Assembly: GCA_963710605.1 (NCBI GenBank)
Contig: CAVQBA010000004.1
Location: forward strand, 32,001-96,000
From: an uncultured cyanobacterium
GTDB lineage: Bacteria; Cyanobacteriota; Cyanobacteriia; Cyanobacteriales; Cyanobacteriaceae
DNA length: 64,000 bases
Reading direction: 5' to 3'
A program made the position numbers and the translations under genes. This document shows positions 60,771-64,000 of the stretch, piece by piece (the stretch's first letter is position 1; the number at the start of each line of letters is the position of its first letter). Under the pieces are notes generated by a model, which saw only the letters and a list, made by a program, of their open reading frames with translations, was not told the DNA's origin and searched no databases.

Positions 60771-62486
60771 TTAAATAGCATCAAAACTTTGTAATGTTAA
60801 AGCTGATTTTTCTAGTGCTTCATTGGTGTAATTAAGAGCTTTTTTGGTTAATTGAAGTTGTTCATCTGTATGCTCAGAAGAGTCTTCTGTTGATTTGCTA
60901 TAGTTATTAATACTTTGAATTAAAGCAGTCAGGTTATCGTTTATCGGTTCAAATTCGTCAAGATTATCAAGCATTTTTGCTAAAACAGTTTCGATATTTT
61001 CTAAACCAGAGGTATGAATTTCATTAACGAAATTTTCGACTGTTTCCAAACTATTTTCTTGTAAATTTTGTAACGCATCAGTCAAATTATCACGAACACG
61101 TTTTAAGTTTTCGCTTGCCTTTACTTCTTGCTTCTGAGTAATATCTGTTTGCCATTTATCTAAAAATTGACCTAACTGATTATCACCATCGTCTAATGAT
61201 TTAATTAAAGAAGTGACATTATTTTCGTTAGTTAGAATTGATGATTCTAGTTGCTCATTCATCGCCACTAACGATTGACGAAAGGGAGTAAATGAGTCTT
61301 CCATATTTTCAGCAACAGTAGCTAAATCTTGCGGCACAGAAACATCACTATCATCATTACTTGAATTATCACTTAATACTCTGCCTTCTAAAATACTAGT
61401 AATCAAATTCTCAACTTTAGCTAATCTGTCGGTTAGGTTTTGTTTGTCACTCGCTAATTGTTCACTGGTATTATTTTGAGTATCCAGACTTTCTTGATTG
61501 ACGGTATCTAAATCAGTCATTAAGCTGGCTAAAAATTCACCAAAATTATCAAATTCTTCCGTATTTTGGTTTTGACTCGAATCTAATTGCTCTTCATTTT
61601 CAGCTAATTCAGCTTCAAGCGTTTCGAGAAAATCATTTAATTGTTGATTAGATTGTTCAACTTCAGTAATTTCTTCTTCTGCTTGTTCGTTGGTATCATC
61701 AAATAAACCATTCATTTCTTCTAAACCAGTTTCCAAGCCACCTAGTTGTGATTCAATATCATCAACTTGCTCGGAGGTTTCTTCTGCACCACCGCTACTA
61801 CCACTACCACCGCCACTACCACCGCCTAGCCCACCGCCACTACCGCTACCACCGCCAGTTTCTGATGCGTCAGATTTAACAGAGGGTTTACCAGAGTCGC
61901 TAGTGCTTACACCACCGTTTTGACTACTTGTACCTGTTTCACCGCTATTTTTACCACCATCAGCAGATTTATTCTCAGGAGAATCATTCGATTTTTTATC
62001 GGCTGTTTGTCGATCGCTTCTACCAGAAACAGAGTTATCATCTTTATTATTACCTGCCGAATTTTTGTCTGAAGATGATTTATTGTTAGAATCTCTATCA
62101 GCTTTGGTACGATCGTTATCATTACTATCTGTTTGACTAGTTTTGTCTCCTGTAGCTGATTGTTTGTTGCCTAAATCATTTAATTTATTTTGGGCTTGTT
62201 GTATTTCTTTTTGATTAGGTAATTTGCCTTCGGCGACATCGGTTGCTACTTGCCCTAAATATTTACCAATATCTAAAGCTTGTGCTTGCTCATCACCGCC
62301 TAAGTCTTTAGCTAAAGCGAGTATATCTTGACTGTTTTGTTGTAATTCGGCACTAATATTTTTAACTTCGGTTGAATTAGCTTGATTACCATCTCCTTTC
62401 AAACCGAATCCGACTAGGCTTCCTAATACTCCTAAACCACCTAAACTAGAAGCGACTAATTTCTTTGCTCTTTCTGTAATTTCCAT
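60771..62486 (-). CDS. Hypothetical protein: hydrophobic Gly-rich N-terminal segment, S/D/G low-complexity linker, acidic helical domain (array member 3)
   Basis: LVASSLGGLGVLGSLVGFGL; GGGSGSGGG linker; ~330-aa heptad-rich C-terminal domain. Confidence 0.7.
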   Translation of the reverse strand: MEITERAKKLVASSLGGLGVLGSLVGFGLKGDGNQANSTEVKNISAELQQNSQDILALAKDLGGDEQAQALDIGKYLGQVATDVAEGKLPNQKEIQQAQNKLNDLGNKQSATGDKTSQTDSNDNDRTKADRDSNNKSSSDKNSAGNNKDDNSVSGRSDRQTADKKSNDSPENKSADGGKNSGETGTSSQNGGVSTSDSGKPSVKSDASETGGGSGSGGGLGGGSGGGSGSSGGAEETSEQVDDIESQLGGLETGLEEMNGLFDDTNEQAEEEITEVEQSNQQLNDFLETLEAELAENEEQLDSSQNQNTEEFDNFGEFLASLMTDLDTVNQESLDTQNNTSEQLASDKQNLTDRLAKVENLITSILEGRVLSDNSSNDDSDVSVPQDLATVAENMEDSFTPFRQSLVAMNEQLESSILTNENNVTSLIKSLDDGDNQLGQFLDKWQTDITQKQEVKASENLKRVRDNLTDALQNLQENSLETVENFVNEIHTSGLENIETVLAKMLDNLDEFEPINDNLTALIQSINNYSKSTEDSSEHTDEQLQLTKKALNYTNEALEKSALTLQSFDAI

Positions 62487-62645
62487 GTTTAATAATACTT
62501 CGGCTTTACTTTAACTGACGCGGAAACTGAGCGGAGTCGAAGTTTAGCACGAGTTGCTCAATATAAATAAATAATTAATAAATAGACTTTACTATCTGGT
62601 TTTTAGGTTTAACTGTTTGTTAAAATGCACAAAAATTAAACAATT

Positions 62646-63521
62646 TTAAAAAGAAACATTTAATCTATTTTTATATGATTCTAAATTTTCTAATAAGTGT
62701 TCTAAACTATCTATATTTTCGTTGACATTTTCGCTTAAATCATTACTTTTTTTCTCAATTGTTTCTTTGAGCTGTTCAACTTGCTCTTCAATTCTTTGGC
62801 TATCACTAACTAATAGCTCTTTTAATTCACTTTGTAAACGTTGTTGAACAAATTCTTCTATTTGCTCTTCTTGTTCGTTTAAATCGTCTTGAAAGTTCTC
62901 TATTTGTTCATTAGCGATCGTGATTAAACTAGGTAAATAATCTTTAAACTCTTCAAGTTTGGCGAGTAAATTATCTTTAAAATCAGTTAGTTTTTCAGCT
63001 AGATTTTCTTTTTGTTGATTAAAACTCTCACGCCAATTGTCATTAGTAGTTCTTAAATTATCTAATTGATCTAAAAGTTCTTCATTGTATTCAATTAAGT
63101 CTGTTTCTAGATTTTCGATTCTATTTGACCATTGATTGATATTATCTTTTAAACTTTGAGTTGAAAGTTCAATTTGTCGATCGATCGAATTAATTGTAGC
63201 TTGAAAATCTTGAGTTTGTTCTTGAGTATTAGCCATTAATTGTTCGGCTGTTTCTTCAACTAAATTAGCTTGATTTTCTAATTGATTTAGTTTTTCAGAG
63301 GCTAATTCAATTTGTTCGTCTAATTGCGTTTCGATATTTAACATTACCTGTGCTAAATTACTAGTTAAATTAGTAGTTTGTTCAGTGACGTTGTTAATTG
63401 TTTGTTGTAAGTTTTCGATCGTGCGGTTAATATTACTAAAAGAGCCTGAAGAAACTTGAACTTTAGAGTTCATTAACTCCATTCTTTCAGTAGCAATCTC
63501 GATTAATTCGTTAATTTTCAT
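62646..63521 (-). CDS. Acidic coiled-coil/helical hypothetical protein (array member 2)
   Basis: 291 aa, E/Q/N/L-rich heptads. Confidence 0.7.
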   Translation of the reverse strand: MKINELIEIATERMELMNSKVQVSSGSFSNINRTIENLQQTINNVTEQTTNLTSNLAQVMLNIETQLDEQIELASEKLNQLENQANLVEETAEQLMANTQEQTQDFQATINSIDRQIELSTQSLKDNINQWSNRIENLETDLIEYNEELLDQLDNLRTTNDNWRESFNQQKENLAEKLTDFKDNLLAKLEEFKDYLPSLITIANEQIENFQDDLNEQEEQIEEFVQQRLQSELKELLVSDSQRIEEQVEQLKETIEKKSNDLSENVNENIDSLEHLLENLESYKNRLNVSF

Positions 63522-63605
63522 AAGCAGAAATGGAAAATGAATGTAGAATGAATAACAATTAATAATTAATAATATGTAACTATTAACTATTAACTATTAA
63601 CTATA

Positions 63606-64000
63606 TTAGAAACGCTCAAGTAACTCTTTAACCTCCTCAAAAACGCCTAACGCAGTATTCAAACCGATATTCGTCGTATCCATCGCTGTCATTACAGTAT
63701 CTTTAGTGGTATCGACTGTGCCACCTAAATCAGAAACTAATTCACTCAAAGTAGTTAAAGCTGATTCTATATCTTCGGCAGTGGACATTAATTCTTCAAA
63801 TTGATCTTCTACACTACCTGTAAAGTCTTCTAATGCTGAGTTAGCCGATTCTTGAGTGGAGTTAGCTTGCTCTTGTGCTTGAGTACTTACATTCTCAGTG
63901 AATTCTTCAATTTGAGAGCTTAACTGAGATACCATTTCATTTACACGAGACACGGCTTCATCAGCTATTTGTTGTTCTGCTTCAACGGTTTGAGCTTCTA
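63606..64000 (-). CDS. Acidic helical hypothetical protein, 5' end beyond the window (array member 1)
   Basis: The frame stays open to 64000 (EAQTVEAEQQIADEAVSR...). Confidence 0.7.
   Translation of the reverse strand, partial: EAQTVEAEQQIADEAVSRVNEMVSQLSSQIEEFTENVSTQAQEQANSTQESANSALEDFTGSVEDQFEELMSTAEDIESALTTLSELVSDLGGTVDTTKDTVMTAMDTTNIGLNTALGVFEEVKELLERF

Noticed and set aside
853-62122. Short antisense or overlapping ORFs (e.g. 853-1059, 1370-1570, 1979-2230, 8367-8621, 13881-14156, 20385-20615, 34127-34372, 46707-47009, 57182-57415, 59223-59480, 61690-61923)
   Set aside because: Shadow frames of well-supported genes.
58617-63605. Short heptamer tandem repeats (CAATTGA, GGCAA(A/G)A, TAACTAT) and the palindromic insert near 62500; similar heptamers at 3480 and 6281
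   Set aside because: Ordinary cyanobacterial intergenic STRR/REP-type repeats with no evidence of a special role.
58769-64000. Firm call of the helical array as WXG100/type VII substrates
   Set aside because: No WxG motif at the expected position, the proteins are about three times too long, and no FtsK/EccC ATPase lies in the window; kept only as a hypothesis.
1-64000. tRNA, rRNA, retron/DGR reverse transcriptase, integrase or prophage genes
   Set aside because: No such motifs recognised by eye; tRNAscan-SE and Infernal would be needed to exclude small RNAs.

Overview
AT-rich cyanobacterial chromosomal DNA: it carries petA/petC, gun4 and nblS/hik33, and CGATCG/HIP1 (GCGATCGC) sites are frequent. 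The Cyanobacterium/Geminocystis-like assignment is an inference. Housekeeping blocks (amt, petCA, ilvE, comEC, nblS, mutS, gun4, cysC) alternate with four accessory zones. (1) 15.5-19.2 kb: a decayed toxin-antitoxin (TA) cluster with an IS remnant and an RHS fragment. (2) 19.5-30.7 kb: an STM4014-STM4013-STM4012-STM4011-like cassette (ATP-grasp, alkaline-phosphatase-superfamily hydrolase, two radical SAM enzymes). It is headed by a HEAT/LRV plus pentapeptide-repeat protein with an acidic tail and followed by an LRV/TPR protein, an RcaD-like protein and a P-loop ATPase. (3) 35.8-38.7 kb: a TA array punctuated by repeated DUF1902-gene copies. (4) 40.2-54.1 kb: a probable sulfated exopolysaccharide cluster with two paralogous glycoside-hydrolase-like proteins. 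The window ends in an array of at least five acidic, probably helical proteins of unknown function. Many genes, including essential petA, carry single-base frameshifts, probably long-read errors, so pseudogene calls based on one indel are provisional. No rRNA, tRNA, CRISPR array or reverse transcriptase was seen. All family names come from motif recognition by eye; no database search was run.
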